From positions 8,210 through 72,209 of the forward strand of contig NZ_CAXBGE010000012.1 in NCBI RefSeq assembly GCF_963975345.1: a DNA stretch of 64,000 bases, written 5' to 3'. A program made the position numbers and the translations under genes. Shown piece by piece: positions 38,234 to 48,474 of this stretch. Each line of letters begins with the position of its first letter. Position 1 is the stretch's first letter. This DNA is from an uncultured Maricaulis sp. Lineage in GTDB: Bacteria; Pseudomonadota; Alphaproteobacteria; Caulobacterales; Maricaulaceae. Below the pieces are notes generated by a model, which did no database searches, was not told the DNA's origin, and saw only the letters and a list, made by a program, of their open reading frames with translations.

Positions 38234-39781
38234 TTAACCGGCCTCGTCAGGCGTTTCCGCGGGCGCTGCGGTCGGCGTGGCCGCAGCAACGCGGGCGATC
38301 GGATCGCCATACTGATTGTAGAGGTCGCTACACCGCTGCGGGACATTGACGACGATCCGTCCGGTCTCATCGACGGTGCCGAGCAGCACTGCCGTTTCCT
38401 TCAGATCCTCGACCCCAAACCGGCACTCGTCCTGACGAACGCGCTCGCGGATGCGGGTACGGTCGCCTTCAGAGCGGATCAAACCATTGATATATGTGGT
38501 ATAACCATTCGCCGTTGAACGCGAATACGGATAGCGGGCCGCCTCACGGAAAGCTGCCAGGGCAGATTGCCGACGATCAAGCTCGAGGCGCACCGTACCA
38601 AGTAATGCCCAAGCCGTCCCAGGACGATCGATTCCGCCCCGATTGAGCGCGTCCTCGAACGCCGTTTCGGATTCAGAAAGTTGACGGTCCTGATAGAGCG
38701 CTTCGGCAAGCTTGAGATAGTCATCACCTGCACCAGAGAGTTGGGCCACCTGCCGTAGAACCGGAATGGCACGCTCCCATTCGCGGGCCTGACGCCACAT
38801 ATTGGCAAGCAGGTTGAGATTGCGTTGCGTGCGCTCGACGGTTCCCGAATTTATCTCCCGCTCAAGAATCAGAGCGCCGCGATAGGGGTATTCGAAATAG
38901 CTGTAATACTGAGCCAGCGCTTCGATTTCACGCCCTAATGTGAGCATGCCGTTGATATACATGATCTTGTTGGCTTCGAACGCATCTTCTTCCCGACCAA
39001 CCTGAGCCAAGAGCGAAGCGTAGGACTGCCAGTTGCTTTTCTCGGTCGGCCAACGCTGCACCATCTCTTCGACGATGCTCATTTGCTGGGGAACCATTTC
39101 CAGCTGCTGGTAATAGAACAGCATCAGGCTGTAATCGCCGCGCTGGCGATCAGCCGCAGGGATCAGCGCCCAGAAGCGATTGGCCCAGGTCAGCCCCTCA
39201 CGATAGCGCTCCGCTTGGCCATAGGCCTGTGCCAGCATGCGCGCCAGCGGCGCATTGATGATCTCGGTACCGCCATCGGCAACGGCACGCTCCATCGACG
39301 CGATCCCGCGGGTGTAATCTTCAATCGTGATGTAGAGCTGGCCGATATTAATGCGATAGCTGACCACTTCGCTGGGAAGCATCGCACCGGTATCAATTGC
39401 GGCTGTCCAGTCCTGGATCGCCTGAGTCACCCTATCGGTCTCATAATAGGCCCGGCCGCGCAATTGCAGGGATACGGCGCGCTCATAAGGATTGATACTT
39501 GTTGTCGCCAGCGCCCGATTCAGCGTGGTGATCGAGTCGTTGTACAATTCGCTTTCCTGCTGCGCAAAGGCCTCTTGGACGATCTCACCGATCGCCGCAG
39601 AAAATACCCGGTCCGCCGCATTCTGTTCGGATTGCTCGTCAGAACGGCGCTCGCGCCTTTGGGCATCCGCTGTCGCGAAAGCACCACCGGTCAGCGACAC
39701 GGCAATCGCGAGCATGGCCAGCTTGCGGGTTACCCCAGTCAGATCGAAACCGCTAAAACGGATCATCGATGGCTCCTTCAT
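38234..39781 (-). CDS. secreted TPR-repeat protein (TtpD-like member of the TonB2-type cluster)
   Basis: Signal peptide and multiple 34-aa TPR-like units (AxxxYxxA patterns). Its position between two tonB genes matches TonB2 cluster layouts. Confidence 0.65.
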   Translation of the reverse strand: MKEPSMIRFSGFDLTGVTRKLAMLAIAVSLTGGAFATADAQRRERRSDEQSEQNAADRVFSAAIGEIVQEAFAQQESELYNDSITTLNRALATTSINPYERAVSLQLRGRAYYETDRVTQAIQDWTAAIDTGAMLPSEVVSYRINIGQLYITIEDYTRGIASMERAVADGGTEIINAPLARMLAQAYGQAERYREGLTWANRFWALIPAADRQRGDYSLMLFYYQQLEMVPQQMSIVEEMVQRWPTEKSNWQSYASLLAQVGREEDAFEANKIMYINGMLTLGREIEALAQYYSYFEYPYRGALILEREINSGTVERTQRNLNLLANMWRQAREWERAIPVLRQVAQLSGAGDDYLKLAEALYQDRQLSESETAFEDALNRGGIDRPGTAWALLGTVRLELDRRQSALAAFREAARYPYSRSTANGYTTYINGLIRSEGDRTRIRERVRQDECRFGVEDLKETAVLLGTVDETGRIVVNVPQRCSDLYNQYGDPIARVAAATPTAAPAETPDEAG

Positions 39782-39904
39782 ACCCGTCCCGCTCCCCTGG
39801 ACAGGCTTTCACAAACTTCAAGGGTGGCGCCTTTATGGCGAGCACCCGACCCCGCAGTCACCGCTGAATGAACGTGGTGGGCCACGCGCATTCAGCGGTG
39901 TTTT

Positions 39905-40522
39905 CTATTCTGACAGCCGGAAGTCGAAGCGTGTCTCCACGCCGCGGCGTGCTACCGGCACACCATTCTCGACCTTCGGGTTATAGCGCCATCTTTCAAC
40001 CGCGCGTTGGGCCGCCCGTTCGAACAGAGAACTGTCGCACCGGGTGATCTGGATATTCGTTGGCGTTCCGTCCGGTGAGACGTCGAAGCGCGCATAGCAC
40101 GTTCCTTCGATACCCCGTTCAGCCGCCCGCATTGGGTATTGCGGCTCAATCCGGACCAGTGGCTGCGCATCACGGTCAGAGACCGAGAAGCTGACGCTGT
40201 CACTGTTCAATTGCGGTGCCGCAAAATCAGGAATGGCACCCATAACCGTCGCCAAACCTTCAGTAGGCTGTTCGGCCCGCTGACGGTCGATTTGTGGCGG
40301 CGGTGGTGGTGGTTCAACCTGCTGCACATCTTCGATCGTGGTATCCCGGCGACGCGCCGCGATGTCCTGAACTTCATCATTGATGCTGAACGACAGATCG
40401 TCCTCGGCGGCCTTGGGCGGCTCGCCTTCAGTAAAGATCAGGCGTGTCATCAGAAGGAAGAGCGCGACCGTCACAATGGCGGCAATCGGAATTCCGCCGA
40501 TGAGGCGAATTATGCTTCCCAT
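39905..40522 (-). CDS. tonB: energy transducer TonB (paralog B, 205 aa)
   Basis: TM anchor, PPPPPQ linker. C-terminus VRIEPQYPMRAAERGIEGTCYARFDVSPDGTPTNI...AVERWRYNP. Confidence 0.85.
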   Translation of the reverse strand: MGSIIRLIGGIPIAAIVTVALFLLMTRLIFTEGEPPKAAEDDLSFSINDEVQDIAARRRDTTIEDVQQVEPPPPPPQIDRQRAEQPTEGLATVMGAIPDFAAPQLNSDSVSFSVSDRDAQPLVRIEPQYPMRAAERGIEGTCYARFDVSPDGTPTNIQITRCDSSLFERAAQRAVERWRYNPKVENGVPVARRGVETRFDFRLSE

Positions 40523-40534
40523 AATCTGTCCTCC

Positions 40535-40939
40535 CTAGTTCTGTAACGTCGAAATTTTGACGTCGACACCCATTTCCGTGAGCAGATCCTGGACGTCGAG
40601 AATAACACCGATATCGGCGGCCTCATCACCCTGGATCATCGCCCGGCCTTTGGGGTTCTCTTGCAAAAGCTGCTCGATAACGCCCCGCAATTCAGCCATC
40701 TCATAGACCCGGCGATTAACCCAGATCTCGTTATTGGCGGTCACTGCGACGAGCATGGACGGATTCTCATCCTGCTCGGTCACGGCATCTGGACGGACCA
40801 CCGTAATACCCGGCTCCTTGATGAAGACGGAGGTCACGATGAAAAAGATCAGCAGAATGAAAACGACATCCAACATGGGCGTCATGTTCAGTTCGACTTC
40901 TTCTTCTCCGGTACTTACGCGGCTAACACGGCGCGCCAT
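40535..40939 (-). CDS. exbD: biopolymer transporter ExbD/TolR
   Basis: ELNMTPMLDVVFILLIFFIVT signature. Confidence 0.9.
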   Translation of the reverse strand: MARRVSRVSTGEEEVELNMTPMLDVVFILLIFFIVTSVFIKEPGITVVRPDAVTEQDENPSMLVAVTANNEIWVNRRVYEMAELRGVIEQLLQENPKGRAMIQGDEAADIGVILDVQDLLTEMGVDVKISTLQN

Positions 40940-40956
40940 ATTGAACCTCCCCGGAC

Positions 40957-41367
40957 CTAACCGTTATCGTGGTTGCGCTGGAGCGAGACCGGAATGCCAT
41001 TGGCACCCATCTCATCCCAGATCTGAACAATGACGCCATGGTCGGCTTGATCTTCAACATCGACCAATACCGCGCTGCCCGGATCTTCCGAACGGAAACG
41101 GTTCACGGCCGCCAATACCCGGTCCACATCGGTCCGGACCTGGTTGACGAAGATATTATTATCTCCGTCCACCTGGACCAGGATCGGCGGGGATGCCGGC
41201 TGGTTGTCCTGTGGCGGTGTATCCGCCGGTGGCCGCATGTCGATCCCCTCTTCCGAGAGGAAGGTCGCAGTCACGATGAAGAAGATCAGCAGGATAAAGA
41301 CGATATCCAGCATCGGGGTCATATTGACCTCGGCCTGGTCGTCCGTGTGCTTGGCTCGACGTCTCAT
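40957..41367 (-). CDS. exbD: biopolymer transporter ExbD/TolR (second copy)
   Basis: EVNMTPMLDIVFILLIFFIVT signature. Confidence 0.9.
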   Translation of the reverse strand: MRRRAKHTDDQAEVNMTPMLDIVFILLIFFIVTATFLSEEGIDMRPPADTPPQDNQPASPPILVQVDGDNNIFVNQVRTDVDRVLAAVNRFRSEDPGSAVLVDVEDQADHGVIVQIWDEMGANGIPVSLQRNHDNG

Positions 41368-41900
41368 GACTGAACCCCTTCACCAATTTCGAGCTTGTCA
41401 GCCAGGCGCGCAACGCGGCGCTTGGCCAGAATCTCGATCTGGGTCGCGAAAATCAGTCCGGACAGGGATGCCACCATCCCTGCCATGGTCGGGATCGTGG
41501 CCCGGGACACGCCGGCCGACATGGCCTGTGCGTCCGAAGACCCTGAAATCGCCATGACGTCGAACACTGAGACCATGCCGGTCACTGTACCCAACAATCC
41601 AAAGAGCGGGGCGACCGCGACGAGGGTTTTCACCAACTCGACATTTTGATCGCAACGCTGCTTAACCTCCGAGATGAGCTGGTCGCGGATCGCATGGGCA
41701 TACCAAGACTGTCGGTCTGTCCGTGCTGACCACTCCCGCATCGCCGCACCTTCTTGTCCGCCAAAGGCGAAGTAGAAGTAGGCGAAGCGCTCGAGGATGA
41801 AAGCCCACATTACAAAGGTCGTTATCATAATAACAACCAGAACGGGGCCTCCGCGCTCGAGGAACTCCTGAAGGCCGATGCTTACGGCCTGGAAATCCAT
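41364..41900 (-). CDS. exbB: MotA/TolQ/ExbB proton channel protein
   Basis: APLFGLLGTVTGMVSVF motif. 3 TM helices. Confidence 0.9.
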   Translation of the reverse strand: MDFQAVSIGLQEFLERGGPVLVVIMITTFVMWAFILERFAYFYFAFGGQEGAAMREWSARTDRQSWYAHAIRDQLISEVKQRCDQNVELVKTLVAVAPLFGLLGTVTGMVSVFDVMAISGSSDAQAMSAGVSRATIPTMAGMVASLSGLIFATQIEILAKRRVARLADKLEIGEGVQS

Positions 41901-41914
41901 AACGCTTCCTCCAA

Positions 41915-43303
41915 TCAGCCCTGAGCGCGCTCTTCAGCGTGCCGCGCAACCATGCCAGCAGCCTGTTCTTCAAGCACTTGCTGCACACCGCGAGCGAAGC
42001 TCTGTGCGAAGCTGTGAATAAACAACAGCGGAATGGCGGCAATAAGGCCCAGCACCGTCGTCATGAGCGCTTCGGAAATACCGCCGGCCATGATTTTCGG
42101 ATCGCCTGTACCGAACAGCGTGATTTGGGTGAAGGTCTTGATCATCCCGGTCACGGTACCCAGCAGACCCAGCAGCGGTGCAATACCAGCCGCCAGTTTC
42201 AGGAAGTTGAGGCCGAATTCGAGCTTCGGCGATTCCTGGAGAATCGCTTCGTCGAGCTTCAATTCCATTGTCTCGACGTCTTTGTCCTTGGCGGCTTCAT
42301 AAGCCATCATGACACGACCGAGCGGGTTGGATTTGGAGGCTTTCGACTTGCGCTTCTGGCCATTGACGGCTGCCTGCGTGCTCAACAGTGAGAACATGCG
42401 GAACAGACCGAAGGAAGCCGAGATTGCCAACAGGCCAATGATCACCAAGCCGACCATGCCGGACTGATTGATACGCTCTTTCAGATCCGGAACGTCCTTG
42501 TAGATGTCCAGCAGCGCGCCGCGGGACGGATCAACAACGCCCATGACAATCTGATCCGGATCGGCATTGAACAGGGTCGAGGCAGCAGCAATCAGATTGC
42601 TTGGCGGCTGGGTTGGCAGATCCGACAGGGTCCACTGGGCAGTGGTGTCGTTTTCCTTCCAACGCGCGAAACGCTGATTATTATTGAAGCTGGTGAAGGC
42701 AATGAACGGCCCAACGCGAGTCACGGGGACCGGCTGACCATTGCCAATACCGGTGACGAGCGAGTTGAACGTCACGACATTTTGCTGACCGATCATTTCG
42801 TCGATCGCCCGGCGCCAGATGAAGTCCAGCTCCGCACGGGTCGGAAGCGTCCGGCTGGTCGCCAGGGCTTCGAGCGCATCGGCGCGGCCCGGGAATTGGG
42901 CAGACACCAGAGATGCATTGATGATGGCAGCAAATTCGCCGGCCGACTGACGGGCAGCACCGAACAGCTCACCAAACGCACCTTGGCGCTGGCGAAGTGT
43001 TTCGGCGAGCGTGTCGATCAAGCCCTGATTGGTTTCGAACTGGGCCGAAAGCGTCGCCGCTTGCCGTTCCAGTGCGGCCATCTCGCCGCGAGCCTGGGTC
43101 AACAGCGCTTGCTGCTGATTGGTGCTGCTTTGGAATTCACGCAGGCGAGCCTGGTTTTCCTGGCTGGCTTCGCGAGCGTCGTTACGCACACGAGTCAGAA
43201 GTTCGCTGATTGATCCAGCCGGTTGCGTTTGTGCAAAGCCCCCGGCAGTGAGCGCCACGCCCATCGAAACGGCGGCGGCGAATATCTTGAAAGTGGTCTT
43301 CAT
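41915..43303 (-). CDS. large MotA/TolQ/ExbB family protein with long periplasmic N-domain (TtpC-like)
   Basis: Signal peptide, about 280-aa coiled/periplasmic region, then APLLGLLGTVTGMIKTF and the ExbB TM core. Confidence 0.8.
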   Translation of the reverse strand: MKTTFKIFAAAVSMGVALTAGGFAQTQPAGSISELLTRVRNDAREASQENQARLREFQSSTNQQQALLTQARGEMAALERQAATLSAQFETNQGLIDTLAETLRQRQGAFGELFGAARQSAGEFAAIINASLVSAQFPGRADALEALATSRTLPTRAELDFIWRRAIDEMIGQQNVVTFNSLVTGIGNGQPVPVTRVGPFIAFTSFNNNQRFARWKENDTTAQWTLSDLPTQPPSNLIAAASTLFNADPDQIVMGVVDPSRGALLDIYKDVPDLKERINQSGMVGLVIIGLLAISASFGLFRMFSLLSTQAAVNGQKRKSKASKSNPLGRVMMAYEAAKDKDVETMELKLDEAILQESPKLEFGLNFLKLAAGIAPLLGLLGTVTGMIKTFTQITLFGTGDPKIMAGGISEALMTTVLGLIAAIPLLFIHSFAQSFARGVQQVLEEQAAGMVARHAEERAQG

Positions 43304-43327
43304 CGCTTAACTCTCCGTTCCAATCCG

Positions 43328-44110
43328 TTACTGCGCGACCGCCGGCCCCGGAAGAGGCGCGAGGAAGACAGACGGGGTGGTGACTTCTTGGGCGATCCGG
43401 ATTGCGCGGGTCACATTGGTTTCATAGCTGCCCGGCAGCGCAACCCAATCAGACGAATGGATATGACGCATCGTCATGCGGCCATCAGGATATTTGCGGA
43501 TCATGGCGATCCGGCCAATCTGGAGCACGGTGACGTTGACCGGGATGCCATCCTCGAGAACTTCTTCGTCATAAGAGTTCAACGAGCGACCGTAAGAGGC
43601 CTCGATGTCGTAAGCGTTCAGGATGACGCGATAACGTTCAGCCGGAGACACTTCCGGATCGTCGATCAGCTCATAAAGACGCTCGATACGACGCAGCCGG
43701 CCATTTTCGCCGTCGAGGCGGAATGGAAGGTCAAGATTTACGAATTGCTCCAGGTTCTGGACCATTTCACGCATCATCGGCGACAGGTCGCGCTGGATGT
43801 TTTCGACGCGATCGATCTGCGTTTGCAGAGATCCCTTCTCGGCCTCTTGCGACCGGATGAAAACCTGCTGCTGTTCAACGAACAGCCGCTGAGATTCAAT
43901 TTGGTCGAGCAAGGCACGATATTCGAGTTCGATATCCGTGCGTTGATCGTCCAGTTGGTCGATGCGCGATTGTGTTTGCGCACCTTCGGTCGTCCCCTGA
44001 CGTGCTGTCTGCAGCACGGGCGCGAGTTGCGCAGTGGCAACCCCCCCGACGGCGCTCGCCGCAACCGCCGCCATGAGCGACGCGCGAACCAATTTCTTCA
44101 AGTCCACCAT
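43328..44110 (-). CDS. DUF3450 family periplasmic coiled-coil protein (TtpB-like)
   Basis: Signal peptide MVDLKKLVRASLMAAVAASAV, a long heptad region, and LPFRLDGENGRLRRIERL typical of DUF3450. Confidence 0.65.
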   Translation of the reverse strand: MVDLKKLVRASLMAAVAASAVGGVATAQLAPVLQTARQGTTEGAQTQSRIDQLDDQRTDIELEYRALLDQIESQRLFVEQQQVFIRSQEAEKGSLQTQIDRVENIQRDLSPMMREMVQNLEQFVNLDLPFRLDGENGRLRRIERLYELIDDPEVSPAERYRVILNAYDIEASYGRSLNSYDEEVLEDGIPVNVTVLQIGRIAMIRKYPDGRMTMRHIHSSDWVALPGSYETNVTRAIRIAQEVTTPSVFLAPLPGPAVAQ

Positions 44111-44693
44111 TTCTCGCCTCACAATGGTAATCGCAGGTCGCCAACACGGCTCCCCGCCCACATTAATTCGATGCTAAACCGACAAAAAGCCTGCCGGATT
44201 GGCCCCCTACCCTAAACTCTAACGGCGCGCTGGCCGCAATCGGACGAACCGATTTAGCGTTCAATTCTGCACGGATGGTTACCGCAGCTGTTTGTTACAG
44301 CCCACCCAGATATTGCGGTGGTGGCCCCACCGTCTATTCGACGCATCCGCGCGCCATGAAGTCCGTTCGACGCTAACACTAGCCACACGTTACGATCAAT
44401 ACATCAATGTGGCTTGAATGCGGCCAATCCAGTGCTTAATGCAGCATTTTTCGCGTGAAACGCTTAAATAATTTATGCCATTCGCCTGCTGAAGGCAGTA
44501 ACGCATCGTCGGAGCAGAAGATTGACCCGCCTCGCGCAAACGCGTGGTCACGAAAAATTTACGGCAATAAGCTGGCAAGATGCCTGCGGGAATCCGCGAG
44601 CCACACACGCAAAGACCGGATCGCCGCACTGGTCGATGCTCATGCGTCCCCTGAGGGCGTGATTCGCTGCTTGCTTTGAAAGTTTGAAAAGGT

Positions 44694-44768
44694 TGGCTGG
44701 GGCGCCAGGATTCGAACCTGGGAATGCCGATACCAAAAACCGGTGCCTTACCACTTGGCGACGCCCCA
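44694..44768 (-). tRNA. tRNA-Gln (anticodon UUG)
   Basis: TGGGGCGTCGCCAAGTGGTAAGGCACCGGT-TTTTGGT-ATCGGCATTCCCAGGTTCGAATCCTGGCGCCCCAGCCA forms a cloverleaf with a GTTCGAATC T-loop. Very close to E. coli tRNA-Gln. Confidence 0.95.
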
Positions 44769-45037
44769 ACCGGGTCCGCCATCTGCGACGGAGCCGGCTA
44801 GATACCGAGTCGGGCGAGCGGATGCAACGGCGCAATGCGGTGACTGCGCGGCGCATTTGCAGCACGTCCCGCACCATTGCCATCATTCTCCCAATTTGCA
44901 GGTCGGGCTCACAGGCCCGCGACATACCGCCACGTTGAGCTGATGCCCTGATTGGAAGGTAGGGCGGGAGGTTGGATTGGGCTGAATTTCCCGCGTTGCA
45001 CGGCCTGCGTGAGTTGGATATAAGCCGCGCCTCGGTT

Positions 45038-45114
45038 CGGAGTATAGCTCAGCCTGGTAGAGCACCGTCTTCGGGAGGCGGGGGTCGCAAGTTCAAATCT
45101 TGCTACTCCGACCA
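45038..45114 (+). tRNA. tRNA-Pro (anticodon CGG)
   Basis: CGGAGTATAGCTCAGCCTGGTAGAGCACCGTC-TTCGGGA-GGCGGGGGTCGCAAGTTCAAATCTTGCTACTCCGACCA. Cloverleaf with encoded CCA. Confidence 0.95.
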
Positions 45115-45298
45115 TCTTCCCCGCCCCTGCCAACATGCCTCCTGCGACAGCTGTGCATCGCATTCAACGACCCGGGGACGTGCGCGCTGCCAATCCCTCA
45201 CCCCTGTCCCGTCGCGGCACTCTATCAAGGGTCTGGACAGGACCGCTTCTTGCACGGATTGTCCGGTCAACCGCATACCCGGTTTGGAAGGACCCTCG

Positions 45299-47083
45299 AT
45301 GAAACAGTTCTGGATTACATTTTTTGGTTCGATATTCGGCGTCGTCGTCGGCTCGGTCCTGGCCGTCATACTCGCCGCCTTCCTGATCGTCGGGATGCTG
45401 GCCTCGGCTGTTTCAGGGTCAACATCCCCGACCACCCTGCCCGGTAGCAGCACGGTGCTGGAACTGGACCTGCGCGCCGAGCGCCTCGATTCGCCGTCCC
45501 GCTCCCCCTTCGCCTTCAGCGAACCGCTCTCTGTGGTCGAGATTGTGCAGACCCTTGAACAGGCGGAATTCGATCCAGCTGTCCACGGCCTTTTCATTCG
45601 GGCCAATGAATTTGGCCTCTCGCCCGGCATGGCCGAGGAGATTCGCGATGCGATCGCCGATTTCCGCGCCTCCGGAAAATTCGTCATTACCCACGCTCAG
45701 GGATTCGAGGGCACATCGGTCACTGCCTATTTGGCGGTCGCGGGATCGGATGAGATCTGGCTGCAGGACACCGCCAGCTTCACACCCGCCGGCCTCGCGT
45801 CGGAAGTGCTCTTCCTCGGTGGCATGTTCGAACAGTTCAACGCCGAACCGCAATTCGAACAATTCTTCGAATTCAAGAATGCCGCCAATGTCTACACGCA
45901 GACCGGCTTCACCGACGCCCACCGCGAGGCGACGCTCTCCTACATGAATTCGATCTTCGATACGGCAATTGCCGATATTGCCAATGATCGCGACATCACG
46001 CCGGAAGCCTTGCGCAGCACGTTCGAAACAGCACCACATTCCGCCGAAGATGCCCTGGAACGCGGCCTGATCGACCATCTCGGCCATGTCATCGATGCGC
46101 GCGAGGCGGCACTGGCCCGCTCCGGCAGCGGATCGCAATTGCTTGCGATTGAAGCCTATCACTCGCTGCTCAACCCATCGAGCCGGGGACCGGCCATCGC
46201 CCTGATCGAAGGTCAGGGCGCGATCGTCACCGGCACCGCCAGCGCCAGTCCATTGGGCGGCGGTGGCGGCATCGGTAGCGACGCCATGTCCGAGGCCATT
46301 CTCGACGCAGCCAACGACACCTCGATCCGCGCGATCCTCATCCGGGTCGATTCGCCCGGAGGCTCGGCGATTGCTTCAGACCAGGTCTGGAATGCAATCG
46401 GGCGGGCCCGCGAGGCCGGCAAGCCGGTCATCATCTCGATGGCCTCGGTTGCCGCCTCGGGTGGATACTATCTGGCGGCACCAGCCGATTATATCCTCGC
46501 GCACGCCACGACCCTGACCGGTTCGATCGGGGTTCTTGGCGGCAAGGTCGCGCTGGAAGGCACGTTCGAGATGGCCGGCCTGCATTCGGAATCGGTCCAT
46601 GTCGGCGGCGATTACGCCACCGCCTTCTCCGGCCAGCAAAGCTGGACCGAAGCCCAAAGGGCGGCTTTCCGCGCCCAAATGGCCGATACCTATGACGACT
46701 TCACCCGCCGCGTCGCCGACGGCCGCGATCTGCCGCTCGAACGCGTGCTTGAAATCGCCCGTGGCCGGGTCTGGACCGGGGCGCAAGCGCTCGATCTGGG
46801 CCTGGTCGACGAGATTGGCGGTTTCCGCGATGCCGTCGATGCGACCAAACATCTGGCCGGCCTGGCGCCGGAGGACGATGTCCGCTTGGTCCGCTTCCCG
46901 CGTCAACAGACTCCGATCGAGGCTTTCTCGGCCCTGTTCGGCATGTCGGCCGAGACCGCCGAGACGGCAATCCGGGTGAATGCCGTGCTCGACCTGCCGG
47001 AGGTTCGGGCTGCGCTCGAAGCCCGCTCGCAAATCGGCTCGGGTCAGATTCAATTGCGCAGCACGGCACCACAGCCGGATTGA
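45299..47083 (+). CDS. sppA: signal peptide peptidase SppA, 67K type
   Basis: N-terminal TM helix and two ClpP/crotonase-like domains. SMASVAASGGYYLA (catalytic Ser) and GRVWTG. Confidence 0.85.
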   Translation: MKQFWITFFGSIFGVVVGSVLAVILAAFLIVGMLASAVSGSTSPTTLPGSSTVLELDLRAERLDSPSRSPFAFSEPLSVVEIVQTLEQAEFDPAVHGLFIRANEFGLSPGMAEEIRDAIADFRASGKFVITHAQGFEGTSVTAYLAVAGSDEIWLQDTASFTPAGLASEVLFLGGMFEQFNAEPQFEQFFEFKNAANVYTQTGFTDAHREATLSYMNSIFDTAIADIANDRDITPEALRSTFETAPHSAEDALERGLIDHLGHVIDAREAALARSGSGSQLLAIEAYHSLLNPSSRGPAIALIEGQGAIVTGTASASPLGGGGGIGSDAMSEAILDAANDTSIRAILIRVDSPGGSAIASDQVWNAIGRAREAGKPVIISMASVAASGGYYLAAPADYILAHATTLTGSIGVLGGKVALEGTFEMAGLHSESVHVGGDYATAFSGQQSWTEAQRAAFRAQMADTYDDFTRRVADGRDLPLERVLEIARGRVWTGAQALDLGLVDEIGGFRDAVDATKHLAGLAPEDDVRLVRFPRQQTPIEAFSALFGMSAETAETAIRVNAVLDLPEVRAALEARSQIGSGQIQLRSTAPQPD

Positions 47084-47109
47084 TCGCTTTTATCGACTGA
47101 CCAGAATCA

Positions 47110-47141
47110 GGGGCCCGGAGCACATGCTGCGGGCCCCTTTT
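47110..47141 (+). terminator. rho-independent terminator after sppA
   Basis: GGGGCCCG-gagcacatgctg-CGGGCCCC-TTTT. Confidence 0.7.
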
Positions 47142-47159
47142 CATATTCGGCAAGCGCCC

Positions 47160-48404
47160 TCAGGCCGTCACCAGGCCGATGATCAGCAGCACGAACATGC
47201 CGATCGCGAGAATGAAGCCGTAGACCATGTCCATGAAGATCGTGCGCAATAGCGACGAGAATCGGCCGTGCCGGTAAACCACGCGATGGATCCGGTAGAG
47301 ATAATAATTTGACCACAACATAAAGCCGATCACGGCCGGGCCCGTCCCGACGACTGCGCCCAGCGCGAAAATAATGATGAAGCCGAAAAACAGTACCGAG
47401 TGAAAGTGAAGTGACACAACGAGGTGGTCGTAAAAGAAATAGCCCCGCTTGTAGAAATGCGTGATGGCCAGCAAGAGGGCGTAGATCGGCAGCAGACCGA
47501 ACATCAGGCGCGGCGCCCAGACCTGCATCGCGGCCAGCACCGAGGCTCCACCATCGTCAATGATGCGGTCCGCCTGGTCGGCCAAACGTCCGCGCAATTC
47601 GAGCGGGATTTCATCGACACCGCTGACCGCCAACGCGTTTGGCACGTCCGAGGCCGAATCTCCCGCAGCCTCGCGCGCCGCCTCCGGTGCCTGTTCCTGT
47701 ACCTGTTCCGGCAAGAGCGCCCCGCGAATCGCCCGTTTGAGCTCCTCGGCGTCCGGAACGCCATCATCCGGCGGTGCTTGCGTCGTCCCGGCTGCATCAA
47801 TCACAGGGACAAGCGCTTCGACACCGCGGTTCACCTGGTCGGTTATCGCGGCGCGTTGATCCGATGACAGGCCGCCTTGCGCCAATTGCGCATCCAGCTC
47901 CCCGTTCTGGAGCTGCTCTGTTACGGCGCCTGCTGCGTCGCGCGCGCCCATCGTCAGCAGCGGGGTCTCGGGATTGTCCTGAAAACTGTTGATCGCGAAA
48001 ACCAGCAGGAAGAAAAGAACGCTGGCGCTCAGATACAGCCGGAAGGGTGTGACGTAGCGCGCGCGCGCGCCGGACAGATATCGCCGTGTCAGCTTGCCGG
48101 GTTGGAACAAGAGCGGCGGCAGGGTTCGCCACAACCGCCCTTCAAGTCCAAACAAGCCATCAAGGATATCGAGCAGCAAATCGCCAATCGGCCGATGGAA
48201 GCTCTCGGCGACTTGGCCGCAACTATGACAAACGGGGCCAATCAGCTTGCTGCCGCAATTGCTGCAAAGGCCCGCAGGATAGGCCGGCTCGAAAGCCGAT
48301 GGCCGCCGACGCTTCTTGCGCTTCGACGCGTTGATCGCATCGCCGATCTCGTCACCGGCCGCCCCGCCGATGATCGCGTCTGTAATGCTGTCGCTACCTG
48401 CCAT
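47160..48404 (-). CDS. DUF3667-like zinc-ribbon membrane protein
   Basis: CSNCGSKLIGPVCHSCGQ zinc ribbon, FQPGKLTRRYLSGARARYVTPFRLYL, and several C-terminal TM helices. Confidence 0.6.
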   Translation of the reverse strand: MAGSDSITDAIIGGAAGDEIGDAINASKRKKRRRPSAFEPAYPAGLCSNCGSKLIGPVCHSCGQVAESFHRPIGDLLLDILDGLFGLEGRLWRTLPPLLFQPGKLTRRYLSGARARYVTPFRLYLSASVLFFLLVFAINSFQDNPETPLLTMGARDAAGAVTEQLQNGELDAQLAQGGLSSDQRAAITDQVNRGVEALVPVIDAAGTTQAPPDDGVPDAEELKRAIRGALLPEQVQEQAPEAAREAAGDSASDVPNALAVSGVDEIPLELRGRLADQADRIIDDGGASVLAAMQVWAPRLMFGLLPIYALLLAITHFYKRGYFFYDHLVVSLHFHSVLFFGFIIIFALGAVVGTGPAVIGFMLWSNYYLYRIHRVVYRHGRFSSLLRTIFMDMVYGFILAIGMFVLLIIGLVTA

Positions 48405-48474
48405 GAGCGGACCCCCGACCTTGCTCGATTGGTTTCAAGCTAAGTCGGGAGGCCCGCACCTGACAAGTGTCCGA

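Noticed and set aside
44430-44480. Fur-box-like AT-rich stretch (TAAATAATTTATGCCATT) upstream of the TonB2-type cluster
   Set aside because: It is only a loose resemblance to the 19-bp Fur consensus, and alphaproteobacterial iron regulators use different sites. It lies more than 270 bp from the first gene start.
44972-45298. N-terminal 109-codon extension of the SppA ORF
   Set aside because: The extension reads straight through the tRNA-Pro gene (45038-45114). The true start is ATG 45299, just before the TM helix.
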